From assembly GCA_028534125.1 (NCBI GenBank), contig CM052816.1:58840001-58904000 (forward strand): a DNA stretch of 64,000 nucleotides, read 5' to 3'. The notes under the pieces were generated by a model that was given only the letters and a program-made list of their open reading frames with translations, searched no databases and was not told the origin of the DNA. Both the position numbers and the translations under genes were made by a program. The DNA comes from Lama glama (Eukaryota). Positions 1 to 13,466 of this stretch are shown here, piece by piece. How positions within the stretch are numbered: position 1 is the stretch's first letter; every line of letters starts with the position of its first letter.

Positions 1-791
1 AATTTAGAGTGAGAGCACAATGGCTTACTAAAACCCCTGGTAGAACTTTGGATGTACATGTGTGATAGTGTCTGCTGGTTAAAGGTTGTAGGTATTTCAG
101 TTAACCAGTTAAAGTGACACTTCCTGTGCTGTTAATAAAAACTCAGTTTGCAAGTCACTCAGCCTGTGCATCTTGAAATTTTGCAAGTTTTGACAAATTT
201 TCATCTTGAAGCAGACTCATATTGTTTTAAATTTTGCTCACAAAGTAAGACTTTATTATTGTTTCGGTGTCCGCACTATTTGAAATCATTCAAATTCACA
301 CAAGACACAAATACTGTTATAGAGCTGGTGATGGTGAGACCTTGACAGCTTGGCTTTTCCCTTCCCCCCATGTTGTTGAGATGGAAAACCTCACTATTCA
401 GCACACATAGTCCAGATGGCTCCATGAGTCCTTCGTATTGGCTTCTATTCAATTTGTAAGGAGTTTGTGTTCCATGAAGTTGCCTTAAGTTTCAGGTTAG
501 ACTCAATAATCCTAAATACCAAGTGAAATTCTGTCTGATCCATTCAGCCTCTGGAGCTTGTCGGAAACTTCCAAATTGGCTTGGGTTTTCTACAAGGATT
601 TATGAATCTGGACTGAATTTGAGGTTCATAAAAAGACCCACCCAGAGCTGCTTTAGTCTGGAATTTCAGAAGAAGGATTTTGCACATTTCTTTGTATACA
701 CATCAAGCAAATTCTCACCATTTGCTGGATTTAAGTCCTGCTCTTTTAAAAGGACCAAACTATCCATTTTGGGTCTTCATTTCTTCATTGA

Positions 792-866
792 TGTTAGGGG
801 TTGAATTGTGTCCCCCACCAAATGTATGTGTTGGAATTCTGGCCCCCAGAACCTCAGAATGAGACC
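792..866 (+). mobile_element. MaLR (MLT1-type) LTR 5' fragment
   Basis: Starts TGTTAGGGGTTGAATTGTGTCCCCC...CCTCAGAATGAGACC, the typical MLT1 5' end. Confidence 0.75.
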
Positions 867-1010
867 AGCCCTGTGAAGTGAGGACTGCAATTATACCCCC
901 ATTTTACAGATGAGGGGACCGAGGTACAAAGAAGTGAAGCAGGCAAAGTCATTTGAAGCCATGATGTGTAACGACAGAAGCCTCACCTTTAACTACTACT
1001 CTGTTCTATG
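867..1010 (-). mobile_element. MIR SINE fragment
   Basis: MIR core CCCATTTTACAGATGAGG..ACCGAGG. Confidence 0.75.
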
Positions 1011-2534
1011 TTATTGATAGCTCTGTATGGTCCTTCCCACTTTTGGGCTAAGAAATTCTCAGACGAATTGTTTTAAGGAAGGAAGAGTTGAATGTACTCT
1101 ATAATCTTCAGGAGTCTTTTTCACCTTTTAGGAGAGATGCCTGTATGCCCCTCTCTTAAGAAATTGGTGCTCTCCCAATGTTGCCTTTTCAAAGTGCTTT
1201 TTATATACTTCCTTAAAAATATTTTAATAGAGAAATCACCAATGTCTAACAGTTGTAAATGAATCAATATACCATAAAAGATGTTCATTAGGAAGATAAG
1301 ACCTCCCTAGTTTTTTTTGGCAATTATTTTATGATATTCCTGATTAATGATTTCATTTGGGCCGTTTCAGTGTTCAGTGGTCTTCATTTGTTAGTGTTGA
1401 TTATAGGATGCCACACCTCGTTGGAATCTGACTCTTTTTGACCAACAAATGTGTATTAAAATCAGTAGAAATGTCATTAACATCCCAATATCATGAAAGA
1501 TAATATAACCATTTCTCATGCATGCCGTTTATTAAAATTTGCTTAAGTGTGAAATATGTAGGACAAGTAATGATGTTTTAATCTTTCACTAAGGTAACAA
1601 TTGAAAGCTGATTGATTCCATTCAGTAATTATAAAATCAGAATGATGGAAGATTGTAATCAAGTAGGATTCATTCTCCCACTTTGTCACTCTTCCATGCA
1701 AGACAAAATTCTCATTTCCATCATCTCTTTTATCTGAAAAGAAATCAAACTTCTATTTGCTTCACTAAATCCAGGAGACGGATAATAGCCTTTCCTGATT
1801 CTGGAGGGGATGCAAGTTGGCTGCTGACTACTAATAGCAGAGAAGGGACAGTCCTTCTTTAAGACTAGACTGTCTCAATGAAAAGGGCCAACACTGATGG
1901 GATCTAAATATTCAAACCATTAGATCTCTCCAGTTTTTGAATGACCTACCGAATGAGGATTTTCTATTATGGTCCTGCTCTTCCTCGCTTCCTCAAGACA
2001 TCCCTGAGTGAATGAGTGTAGCTGGTCAAACATTTTAGGACCTCAGTCAATTCACTTGGCTTGTAGAGTGCTGGGGGTGGGGAGTGAGATCTTTGTTCTA
2101 AAAAGGTTGGCAAAAATTCTAATTTCCTTGTCTTTGAAGATATGGGAGAATTACCATTAGCCCATGGGTCTGTGTTATTAGGCTGGATGTAAAAGAGTGG
2201 GGATGAGAAGAAGAGTGGGGAGGAAGAGGAAGGTGATTGGGTCCATGCTGTGAGGACTAAAACCTAGAAATCTAAACCCTAGTAGAGAAGATGACCAGGA
2301 GAGTCAGCAGGTACCTACAATTTTCACGGATCATGTCCATGATCTATGGGCTTGGTTGGTGGCTTTATGATGGAATTTGCAGAGTAGACCACACCTAGCT
2401 GTCATTGATTCAAAACCTGGGAACAGTAAATTCATACTAGAAAAAGAAAAATTTTCAGTGAAGTCTTTCTTCGCTGTACATGGCTTCCTCCTGCTCCCCA
2501 ATTAGATCAGGCCCCTAACATATATGTTGTCACC

Positions 2535-2665
2535 GAACCCTGTGCTTTTCCTTCATGGTACTTTTCACACGACCATGTTTGTGGGATTATTTAATCAGTC
2601 CCTCTCTCCCAGCGTTAGACTGAAGGCTGTGCGAGGGCAGAGGCTGAGTGTGTCTGGGCCTTTCC
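2535..2665 (+). mobile_element. L2 LINE 3' end fragment
   Basis: TAGACTGAAGGCTGTGCGAGGGCAG resembles the L2 terminal motif. Confidence 0.5.
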
Positions 2666-3119
2666 TTTACTATCGTGCTTTGAATGTGGTTAACTAAGTG
2701 TTCCTAGTGTCTGCCCAAAGTTCCCTTTCCCTCTCAAGGAGCCCAATCTGCATAAGAACTTGCATCCTTGTTAGGAAATCTTTTCCCCCATTGACTCAAA
2801 CAGATGTTCATCTGTCTCTTGGACCTTCCAGTTGCCACTCTACCAACCACACTGATTAAACGTCTATAGCACCTGATTATACATGGTTTAGAAGTGACTT
2901 TATAAAGTATCTTGCAAATTAATCCGGAAGTATTTCCATTCTCAAAGGACTTGGAGGCTCCAAACATTACTGAGGTTGAGGTTGGGAAATCTGGGACTTA
3001 AGAATGCCTTTCAGTGTTCAGGGAGTAAGAGAACATTGGAGGTAATCCTGTTCTTTGTTATGCAAATACCTTCTTACATTGTTTTCTTACAATTACTGAT
3101 CCTCCAACAGATTTTCTGT

Positions 3120-3330
3120 GGGCAGTAGAGCATTGTGAGAAGACTCTTATTTTGGAGCCAGACAGATCTGATTTTGAATCCCAGGTCTAACAGTTACTAG
3201 CCACGAGACCTCTTGTCTGTACACATGGGAAAACAGTGTTTGTTTGGAAGGTTATCTTGTGGATTAGCTATACCATATTTTAGTGCCTAACATGGTGCTT
3301 GAAATACTGTATGGGCTAAATATATGGTAC
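3120..3330 (+). mobile_element. MIR SINE (degraded)
   Basis: TTTGGAGCCAGACAGATCTG...GAATCCCAGG head and AGTGCCTAACATGGTGC tail. Confidence 0.65.
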
Positions 3331-3405
3331 ATTATAGGGAGAATTATTGTTGCTGAATTTCAAAAAGTGAACATTGTTGGCCTAGAAGCCAGATAATTTA
3401 CTTTA

Positions 3406-4120
3406 CTTATTTATTTATTTTTATTGAAGTATAGTCCGTTTACAATGTTGTGTCAATTTCTGGTGTACAGCATAAAGTTTCAGTCACACATATACAGACA
3501 TATATTCCTTTTCATAGTCCTTTTCACTGTAGGTTACTACAAGATATTGAATATAGTTCCCTGTGCTATACAGTAGGACCTTGTTGTTTATCTATTTTAT
3601 ATATAGTAGTGTGTATCTGCAAATCTCAAACTCCCAATTTATCCCTTCCCACCTCCTCCCCACCTGCTAACCATTAGTTTGTTTTCTATGTCTGTGAGTC
3701 TTTTTCTGTTTTGTAAATAAGTTTATTTGTGTCTTTTTCTTAGATTCCACATGTAAGTGATCTTTTATGGTATTTTTCTTTCTCTTTCTGGCTTACCTCA
3801 CTTAGGATGACAATCTCTAGGTCCCTCCATGTTGTTGCAAATGGTATGATTTTATTCTTTTTTATGGCTGAGTAGTATTCCATTGTATAAATATACCACA
3901 ACTTCTTTATCCATTCATCTATTGATGGACATTTAGGTTCTATGTCTTTGCTATTGTAAATAGTGCTGCTGTGAATATTGGGGTGCATGTATCTTGTCAA
4001 ATTATGGTTCCCTCTGGATATATGCCCAGGAGTGGGATTGCTGGATCATATTGTAAGTCTATTTTTAGTTTTTTAATGGAATCTCCATACTGGCTGCACC
4101 AAATTAGATCCCCACCAATG
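3406..4120 (-). mobile_element. 5'-truncated young L1 (ORF2 C-terminus, 3'UTR, A tail)
   Basis: ORF 3740-4000 encodes KCPSIDEWIKKLWYIYTMEYYSAIKKN, an L1 ORF2p C-terminal motif; T-rich tail; candidate TSD TTACTTTA at 3398-3405 and 4123-4130. Confidence 0.95.
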
Positions 4121-4670
4121 ACTTACTTTAAAAATCCACAACAAATCGTGAGATAGTGCTCAAACTGTGGATATAGCTCTTTTAAACTCCATGGAGAGAC
4201 AGATTTTTCAGAATACTGGAGAAAGTTTAAGATTTAGGAACAGACAGACATTGATTCTACTTTCTCCAGTCCCCAAGATGTGGCTTTGATGATGGATATA
4301 TTATAGCCCCAGAACTGCTTGGCATTGGAACTCACTCCCTTAGACGGAGGTATATAGATCATTAGTGTAAGTTCTGAAATGGCGATGTCAGCCCCAAGTT
4401 TAGAAAGACACTTGTTTGGCAAAAATTTGCTGGTCTTCTTACCCTTGGTAGGACCTTTGCTTTCTTGGGGATTGTCTGTACGCGCTGCAAGCTCTATAGA
4501 GGCAAGAGGCAAGCCAGACCAAAACATACAGCCTCTACAGCTGTTGTGGGAGGAATTTCCCTTCTGCTATGAATTCTTGGCTAAAAAAATGGAAAAGGTA
4601 AAGCATGTGTATGTGAGGTGTTCTCTGCTGCTCTGAACCCTCTGGAAACATTGCAGCCTCTTAGCCCCTT

Positions 4671-4848
4671 AGTTCTCATCCTGGCCTCACATTAGAATCA
4701 CTTGGGCAGTGTTTAAAAAAGATTGGTGTCTGGATTCCCCCGATAGGCCAATTAAATGAAAAATTTTAGGAAAGGGGGCCAAACATCTATATTAAAAAAA
4801 AATACATCTCTAGGTGATTTGAATGTCCTAGGGTTGAAGATCACCGCT
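4671..4848. mobile_element. MER5-family hAT-Charlie DNA transposon fossil
   Basis: GTTCTCA..CACATTAGAATCACTTGGG at left and AGGTGATT..GGGTTGAAGATCACC at right. Confidence 0.7.
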
Positions 4849-5650
4849 GGCCCAGATCTCTCAGTACTAATTGCACTGTAAAATCTCATCTGCTTACATG
4901 TAGGGCAGCAGCAAACAGAAAGGCAAATAAGACCTAAAAGAGCATATATCTTTGCTTTGGTGATTGGTTGAGGGCATTGGTCTGGGGAATAGGTCTTTTG
5001 CTAACATCACCTAGAATAGCAATCTTATTGTTTTTTCAACCGTTAAAATCCCATAGGAGGTGAAATAATAGGTTCTGGGAATGGGATGTCAAGATGTGTC
5101 ATTTTAAATGCTGCATTTTTAGGAAATGCTCTTCCAAGAGCGCCTCCCTTGGGCCTGATGGTTTGGCAGCTTTACATCCAGCACTTAGCTGCCCATCCCG
5201 CTGGGATCTTCCCTCTGATTTCAGAAATCGGAAAAAAACTTTATTGGCAAAGGCTGTATTTAAAACTGTCCCTATAATGAGATGCTTGTCATCTTCATCC
5301 AGGGAGGACTCTGCCAAGTAGGCACCCATCATGTGAGTGTTGACTGAGTGGGTGGTCCCCATGGAGGAATCACAGTGGCAGAGTGCTAGAACTGAAGGGA
5401 CTCAAGAGATGTGTCAGGTCACTCCTCTTAGTGGGGAGACTGGAGTCCCAGGAGATAACCCCCAGACAGGTGCACAGGGCTAGGCAGTGAGTTATGGAGC
5501 AGCCGGTCCATAGAGCAAGTCCTCATACCCAGGGCAGGGCTTTTCCCAGCTTATATTATTTGCCCCGTTTTCTTTGTTCTGTTGTTTTCCTGGCCTTCTC
5601 TTTTTCTTTTCCTTCTTTTTCTTGTTTTTTTTTTTTTTTCTAACTCTATC

Positions 5651-5970
5651 TGTATTAGTCAGGGTTCTCCAGAGAAAGAGAATCAAAAGGATATATAAGA
5701 GGAGATAATACATAAATTGATGTCCCACTTCAAGCATTCAGGCAGAGAGAGGATTCAACCTTCCTCTGCTTTTTGGTACTATGAATGCCCTCAGTGGGTT
5801 CGGTGGTGCTCACCCACGGTGGGGCAGGCCGTCCGCTTTACTCAGCCCACCAGTTCAAATGCTAATCTCTTCCTGAAATACCTTCGCAGGCACACCCAGA
5901 AATAATGCCTACCCAGACATCTGGGCGTCCTGTGACCCAGGCAAGTCGACATGTAAAACTAACCACAGCA
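5651..5970 (-). mobile_element. MLT2-type (ERVL) LTR with internal deletion
   Basis: TGTATTAGTCAGGGTTCTCCAGAGAAA and CACACCCAGAAATAATG...AAAACTAACCA motifs. Confidence 0.85.
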
Positions 5971-6024
5971 CCACCTTTTCCTATTTGCTCCATTTTTTTT
6001 TTCTTTTTGATTTTGTTGTCTTAC

Positions 6025-6712
6025 TGATACAGGAAAAAAAAAATGTGGAGCATGAGAGGATGGCCATATCCCAGGTCTTGGTTGAGTCCCTGGGTCGTTG
6101 GCATCGTGCAGGAAAGAATTCAAGAGGGAGCCACAGTTGAGTAAAATTAGATTTATTTAGAGAGATGTACGCATTGGAGGTGGCTACAGTAAAGGTAGAT
6201 ACACACTCCACAGACAGAGTGCAGGCATCTCAGACGGCGACAGAGAGAGAGAGAGAGAAAGGGGGGAGAGAGAGGGGAGAGAGAGAAAGACAGACACAGA
6301 AAGCCAGAGAGAAGGGGAGAGAAAGAGAGAGAGAGAGGGGAGGCAGGAGAGAGGGAGACAGAGAGAGAGAGAGAGGGAGAGACCTTGAGGTGCAGTGTTG
6401 CTAGTTTTTATATGCTAACAAGTGAGGGGATTATTCCAACTGCTTTGGGGAAAGGGCAGGGATTCCCAGGAACTGGGCCACTGCCCTCTCTTTGACCTTT
6501 CATGGTCAGCCTCAGAACTACCTGCGGGTGTGTCATTCACCAGGCTAGTACACTACAGGGTGTATAATGTAGCTCCAAGTCCACTGGAGGTGGAATCTCC
6601 TGCCATCGTGGGCTTCCAGGTCTCTTGAGAGTTGACTTTTCCACCATCTTGCTGCTCATTACTGTGTCATTCCTTTAATGGCTGTGTCCTGCCCACCTGC
6701 CTTCTTGTCTCA
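6025..6712 (-). mobile_element. Solo ERV1-like LTR with internal GA-rich repeat
   Basis: TG...CA termini with imperfect inverted repeat (TGATACAGGAA / TTCTTGTCTCA); 4-bp TSD TTAC/TTAT; TTTATT (minus-strand polyA signal) near 6152. Confidence 0.8.
6240..6381. repeat. GA-rich simple repeat inside the LTR
   Basis: Degenerate (GA)n tract. Confidence 0.9.
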
Positions 6713-7467
6713 TTATGTCTTATGTCTTTAAGCCTGTGTTTGCCGTGACTGAGGCACTCAGACTGGAAAAGATTAATTCTAAGGCTCAAACAATCCATTT
6801 CAGTGAATAAAATGACTGCTAAAGTTTGTGATCTGTAGTTCAAAAGTACAGAAAATTTGGTCAAAGGTAGAACAAATTAATAAGGAGACGAATAAAAAGG
6901 AAACCCAAAGTTAAATATTTCTGAACTCCTTCGCAGAGGCAGATGTTGTAAGGTGGAGGGGGAATGAGGCCGGTGTTCTCAAAACTCTTCAGAGATGGGA
7001 ACGGATGATTTTGGACAACTAGAGTGTAGTGTGAAAACGCATCTGAAGAAAGCTTCTTGTGGCATCTCAGCAGGAGAACATTTTTATCAACAGGATGGTT
7101 ATTGCTTGCCTGGTTGGAATTTTTATTTTCTGCATCATTCTGCTTGAAATCATGAGGACTTGACCAGAGGATATTTCTTTCCATTTGTAGGACATTTTGT
7201 ATTTGGAATAATACTTTCTCCCCAAACATTTTAGCATGTCAAAATGTACTAAAGTGACATGCATTTTTCCCTTAGATATTACCAAACCAATTCCTATAAA
7301 AGCAGAAAAAGAATAAACTGTAGATCTGAATGTATTTTTGTTCAATTTCTTTTCTGTTTTCTTAACCTTCCTGGAGTGAGTAGAGATAATAAAATTCCCT
7401 AGATGGCCAAGGTCTGCGTTCTGGCTTGGGGAAAATGACACCTCTTACAGTGCTTGTTAACACACTA

Positions 7468-7790
7468 TAGTGGACATTGGTTTATTTTTGGTGGCCAGCA
7501 TCTATTCACCCTTTGTGGAACCACCTCTTCCCCATGCTCAGATCATGTAGTTAAATTAAGCTGACCCTACTCCCAGCTCCAGGGCTGGAGCATCTGACCC
7601 AGGCTTAAGCCACTGTGCACATAGCATTCTCCTGCCTGCAACTGTTGGTTTGAGATGGGCGTGTGACTCTGTAGAGCCAGTGAGGTTGTTGAGAGAGGAA
7701 CATGCACTGTTTCTGCACTTGAACCTCAAGTTATAGTCAGTCACAGAGGGAAAGCCCATTTGACTGTGAATCAAAGCAGAAGATGAAACC
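7468..7790 (+). mobile_element. Old MaLR LTR (MLT1K/L-like)
   Basis: CCAGCATCTATTC..GGAACCACCTCTTCCCCA..GCTGACCCTACTCCCAGCTCCAGGG..TGACCCAGGC. Confidence 0.6.
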
Positions 7791-7873
7791 TGAAAGGAAA
7801 TAGAAAATGTTTATATACTCAGAGGAGAGTTAGACCATCGGACAAAGTTTGGAGATACATTCGTGTAGATAAA

Positions 7874-8363
7874 TGCGGGTAGAATAGTTCCCGCCAAAAG
7901 ATACATTAAGGTTCCAACACTTGGTTCCTGAGAATGTGACCTTATTTAGAAATAAGTCTTTGCAGATGTAATGAAGGGGTAAGTTAAGGTGAGGTCATAC
8001 AGAAATTGAGTAGGTTCTTAATCCTAGATGATTGATGTCCTGATAACAGAGGAGAAGCGATAGAGAGAGACTTACAGAGCAAGGAGAATGCCATGTGAAA
8101 ATACAGACATGCACAGAAAAAAAGGCCATGTGACCATCAAGGTAGAGATGTTCTTACAAGCCAAGGAATGCCAAGGATGGCTGGCAAACACCAAAAGCTG
8201 GAAAGGGGCAAAGAAGAATCCTCCCCTAGAGCCTTCTGAGAAAGCATGGCCTTACTGAAGGATTTCAGACTTGCAGCCTCCAGAACTGTGAGACAATACA
8301 CTTCTCTTGTTTATAAGCACTGAGGGTGTGGCACTTTGTTGTGGCAGCTCTGTGAAGCATACA
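7874..8363 (+). mobile_element. MLT1C/B-like MaLR solo LTR
   Basis: GAATGTGACCTTATTTAGAAATA, GCCAAGGAATGCCAAGGAT, CAGCCTCCAGAACTGTGAGACAATA. Confidence 0.9.
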
Positions 8364-8429
8364 ATAAATGTATAGAAAACTTAGCATGTGAAGAAAAGCC
8401 CCCCTTTTTTTTTTCCCGAAACTCCAAGG

Positions 8430-9000
8430 AAAATAAGAACTTGTTCAGGAAAGGGAAGGTAAATATAACACACCACATGACTTAGCAGTCAAGAATTTAA
8501 TAGCCATAGTACTGTAAATATTGAATTTTAACCTTACAAAAATTATAATATACTGGGTGGGGTGTGTGTGTGTGTGTGTGTGTGTATGAAATCATCTTCC
8601 ATAGTGCAGAGTCAACATAAAATGCCTAAACTGAAATATCAAGGAGAAGCAAACTAAACACATTGTTTAGTAACATGGAGGTAAATAGTAAATGATTGAG
8701 TTAAAACTGCTGAAAGCAGCTGTCTCTTGGGAGCAGGAAACAGGAGGTAGGGACTGTGGGGACTGCTGTTTTTGATTTTGTTTTTTTTTGTTTGTTTGGT
8801 GGGGAGGTACTTAGGTTTATTTATTTATTTAACGAAGGTATTGGGAATCACACCGAGGACCTCGTGCATGCTAAGCATATGCTCTACCACTGAGCTATAC
8901 CCTCCCCACTACTGCTGTTGTTTTGGAATGAGACTTGCAGAATTTTTTGCCTCTTTATACTATGTGCATGAATAAACTTCACATAAAGAAAAATTACTTA
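8430..9000 (+). mobile_element. Old L1M (L1MC-like) 3' fragment interrupted by a SINE and (TG)n
   Basis: A-rich decayed L1 3'UTR-like sequence on both sides of the SINE. Confidence 0.45.
8771..8907 (-). mobile_element. Camelid tRNA-derived SINE (vic-1-like), long form
   Basis: Reverse complement GGGGAGGGTATAGCTCAGTGGTAGAGCATATGCTTAGCATGCACGAGGTCC (A box); TSD ACTGCTGTT at 8762-8770 and 8911-8919. Confidence 0.9.
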
Positions 9001-11784
9001 AAAAAGGAAATGAAAATTTGGATTTATGAAGCAAATTATTTGTAGAGCTCAGGAATGTGCTGACCTTGAGCAAAAGCAGAAAACAGAATAAATTTATCTT
9101 GGGGGCTACTTATCCATAGATCCATATCTGTTTCCTGGGCAGTGGGGGAGGAGGACACAGAGGAGGGTCAGAGTTCTTCTATAAAACCTTCACGGCTCTC
9201 TTTGTCCCATATTCAAATCCTGCTCTTAGAAAGAAATAAGAACCTCTGTCACCCCAAGTTTGTAATTACAGTTTAAAACCATAAAGTTCATTTTAAATTT
9301 ATAATTAAAGTCTTTCTTTAAAACTGAAAGAGCTTCTCAAGATGAATAGCATTAGTATATGTTTCCTTGGAGTGGGAATCATGGGCACTTTCTTATTCCA
9401 CTGGAATCCTGAATCAGGTACGTTCACTTCCGACTAGCTGAGAGCTGTGTGTAATCTTGGTCTCTTACACTGATCTTAAGGCAGAGGCCCTCTGGGCCCT
9501 TCACTCCAGCAAGCCCTTAATTCTCCTGGAAGAAGTGTCCAGCCTGCACTGCTGCTTTTCACCATCAGAGGGCAGTGGGGCGCCGAGTGCCTGGGGAATG
9601 AGGGGAAAGATGCTTAGCACCTGGGGAGTGGGCGGAAGTGTTTCGCAGTGTTTGCACTTAAAGCATCTCAGTAGCTAGATATTGCATTGGTACAAGTGAT
9701 ACGTTTTCTTCCAAATTTTGTGCCAATCCAAAAAGGAAGGAAGTTTGATCATAATGCATTTGCTATGGCTATCTGTTTCACTAGGAACCAGGAATTTATT
9801 AGGAAAAGGAAGACAGTTGCAAGTTTAAGATTAGATTGGCATTTCCCCATTTTCCTACTTGAAGAATAGATTTTGTACCTGTTCTGAAAGAACACGGTGT
9901 CAGCTGGAACGATGCTCTGCTTTCTTCCCTATTATTCTAAAATAGATGTGCTGCTCACACGCATGAATAGACCATTTACCTCTGATTTGTATCTCAGGGA
10001 CAAATCTGGCTTATTAGCACCATTATTTGTAAACGGCTAACCTGGTTCCCTGTGCTGTTGTAATGCTATCTTGATGGGTTGCTGTGAAAATGTGAAGATG
10101 TCTGTCAGGCAGGAAAAATTATGTAAAAATGATGTGGGTATAGAAAATGGGATCGACAAAATGTAATAAACTCCTCCTGGGCTGAAGAGCAGAGCTGCAT
10201 ATGTAATGAAGTACTTTAGGATTACGTCACCTTTTATATAACATCTGGCAGTGACTTTTATTTCAGAGCTAATTTGAAGAAGCCAGGCTCTTTTTTTCCC
10301 CCTCCCCAAGACTGCCTTTATCTGAAAGAAGAAAGAAAGAACTGTTACATTTTGCATGCAAAGAAAACCAGAATGGCTAGATTACTCCCTGAGGGTAATG
10401 GAGAAAGGAGAAAGAAATTGAAAAAGGTCAGGTGAACACAGCAGAAGGCATGAAGAGGTTTGTGTGATTCTTAGTGAAACTGGACCAGTCTAAGCAGCCA
10501 GACAGGTAATCTGGGTGGGTCTACCCTTCCCTCCTCTCTCCTCTGCCGCGATAGACCCGACCCAAGAATGCTCTGGAAAGTTTTTCCTTCAATATTTTGC
10601 CTGAAATAAGTGATAGAGAAAAGTATTGAGAAAATTTAGGAAAATCCTAACATGTATTCCTTTGGCTTTTGAGGAAAAAAAAGCTTTCCTCTAAACCAAC
10701 ACCTTCCTTCTCCAGTAATATTTAGACTTTCTGGTTTATGACAATAGATGATTCAGATTGTCAGCTCACCATTTAAATTTGTCTATACAGACAGTGGTGA
10801 GAGGTCTTTCATGACACTGAATGGGACTTCCCTCCTCTGAAGCCAGGAACCAGGAGGGGAGAAGACTCTCTTTTCATTTCCCCTTTCCCTCTCTCGTTGC
10901 TTCTCTGTGCATGCTCCCTTCTGGACAACCTGGACCTTGCTAAATCATGTTTGCCAGCCTCATTGTCTTCTTTCATCATGTTATTTTAAAATCCTTCATT
11001 CTTGCTTCAGTCCTAGAAATGCCATTTTCTGCATTTCAGGGTCATGTCTACAATTCAGAAGAGGTGGTGTCTTTACTTTTCTACCGAATGGGTTCCCAAT
11101 AATGTGTTTGAAAGTTAGTTGGACATTTGAAAGTTGAACAAAAGATTTGTATGTTGTAAGGAAGAATTTGTTCTCAGGGAGCTGAAGTATATGATGAAAT
11201 CCCTAATTATGGTTTCTGACAGTGCCACCTCCCTCAGGCCTTGGCAACCCTGTGGGTGGGTGAGAACAGGCACATGGGCTGGAGTGGGTGGCAGCTGCCA
11301 GTCTTTGTGGGCTGGGAGAATTGATCCAGGAATCTCTCCTTCCAAGACTTAGCTTTGCTTCTCTGAGCCCAGCCCGAAAGGGCAACAGCTGCAATAAGAG
11401 TGTCTGGTTCTCATCCCACCACCAAGAGGGTAGACATGGGTTTGGTGGAGCATTGGCATGGATGGGTTGGTCCAAGGACACCCTTAGGGGTAGGGATCCT
11501 GTGTGAGCTGGCAAACTCCAGACTCTGGCTCATGATTCTCTGGAGTCCTCAGTGGCAGGTGATGGCCCTTCAACTTGGCTGTGTAGATCCATCTCTGGCA
11601 CTCTGGGGAGGAGGTGCTGGGGAGGAGGTTCTTCTGTTGTCTCCACTTGGATCTGGTCCTTCTCCCATTAGCCATGGCTGCCTGGTATGAGATGGTTCTA
11701 CCATTATTTCAAGGCAATTTATGAAAGACTGAATTTTGAGTATGAAAGGTTTGAAGATGTCAGTGTTTAGCAGTTGATAGTGTG

Positions 11785-12310
11785 GTATACTGGTTATGTA
11801 TTGCTGCATAACATGCAATCCCAGAACTTAATGTCTTAAAGCAACAACATTTAGTTGTATCTCATAATTTTGCAGGTGGGGAATTTGGGCAGTGCTTGGC
11901 TGGGTGGCTCTTCTGCTCCATCTGGCATTGACAGAGGTTATTTGGTGCTCTTCGGTTGGTGACTGGGATGGGCTGAGGGTTCAAAATGATTTCACCCACA
12001 AGCTTGATGTCTTGACAGGAATGGCTCTGGGCCCCTTTCCTACTCCATGCAGTTTTAGGGCATCTTCACGTGCTCTCCCTAGGAGTGCAGTTGGATTTTT
12101 ACCCAGTATCTTGCTTAGGACTCTAAAAGGACAAAGAGGAAGCTGCCAGTTCTCTTATAGACTGGACTTGGAATTGGTCATCAGCACTGCTCTACTCCAT
12201 TGGCCGAAGCAGTCACAGGGCAGCCCAGAATCTAGGAGAAAGGAAATAGATCCCACCTCCCAAGGAGAGGAGCATCAGAAAATTTGGGGCCATCTTTGCT
12301 CTACCATGTG
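11785..12310 (-). mobile_element. Old MaLR LTR (MLT1H/I/J-like)
   Basis: TATTGCTGCATAACA..CTTAAAGCAACAACATT..GGAATTTGGGCAG..GGCTGGGTGGCTCTTCTGCTCCA. Confidence 0.8.
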
Positions 12311-13366
12311 TGTGTGGCATAAATGTAGATGGTGTGAAAGTGGAGGAACAGAGCATTTGGGGGGTGGGGGAAAAGATGCTCTCTAGTTTTGCTTTGTAAG
12401 TAGGAACCATAGTTTTTCTAAGGGAGGTGGCTTCACAGGAAGGACGAAGCTCACCTCCTCTGCCACCTGAGGAAAATGTACTTCTTCTGAACTAGGGCAG
12501 TACTGAGGTTTGTGTCCCCTTTTGTGCTTTGGTTCAAAATAAAGCTGTTGCTAAAGTGCTTAGGAACACTGATGGTAGGTGCACTGGAAAAACATAAGTG
12601 GATAATGTTTGAAGGACACTTTGGAGATGCTATTGACAAGTTTCCAAAGGAAGATTTGGGAACATTTCTCATTTTCTCCACTGTGTCACATAGCTGTGCC
12701 AATGACAAAACAAGCAATGGGTTAAGCAGGTTTTGAAAACTTTTCAGATTTTTCTTTTTATGTAGAGCAGAGGAGGGAAAAGAGAGAATTGGTTTTTTTT
12801 TTAGTCTAATTGAACTACTTAAACTTTCCTTTGTCTATAAATTCAGTACAAGAGTCTAGCAAAAGCCTTAGTAACAAATGATAGTGATGGTATGTTTCTC
12901 ACAATTGTAGATATGATACAATACTAGCAGTGTCATGGGGTATTCTTTCAGACACTCATTTAATTTAATTAGTTTTTGAAAAAGATATGCACATAGTACA
13001 AAGTTTAAGGGAACAAAAGGGCATAGAATAAACATCTCCCCCACATTCCTATACCTGAGTCCTCCATGTCCCTTTCTCTGAGGCAGCCGCTCTTTTATGT
13101 TTGTACTTCCAGACAAATTCTGTGCATGTACAAATAGCTTCAACTTGTGTGCATATGTCTATGTGTGTAATTATAGGATATATAATTAAATATAGTAATC
13201 TCCTCTTATCCATGGTTTTACTTTCTTCTGTTTCAGTTCCCTGTGGTCAACTGAGGTTTGAAAACATTAAATGGAAAATTCCAGAAATAAACAATTCATA
13301 AGTTTTAAATTGTGCACTGTTTGAGTAGCATGATGAAATCTCGTGTTATCTCCCTCTGTCCCACCC

Positions 13367-13466
13367 NNNNNNNNNNNNNNNNNNNNNNNNNNNNNNNNNN
13401 NNNNNNNNNNNNNNNNNNNNNNNNNNNNNNNNNNNNNNNNNNNNNNNNNNNNNNNNNNNNNNNNNN
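13367..13466. other. Assembly gap (100 N)
   Basis: Run of N. Confidence 1.

Noticed and set aside
3740..4000. ORF as a host CDS (also 55079-55495 and 56916-57289)
   Set aside because: These are L1 ORF2p C-terminal remnants in truncated copies
6165..6404. Arg/Glu-rich ORF (also 27095-27310)
   Set aside because: Translation of purine-rich simple repeats
11892..12386. 164-aa ORF with a signal-peptide-like start
   Set aside because: Lies almost wholly inside an MLT1 LTR and starts at GTG
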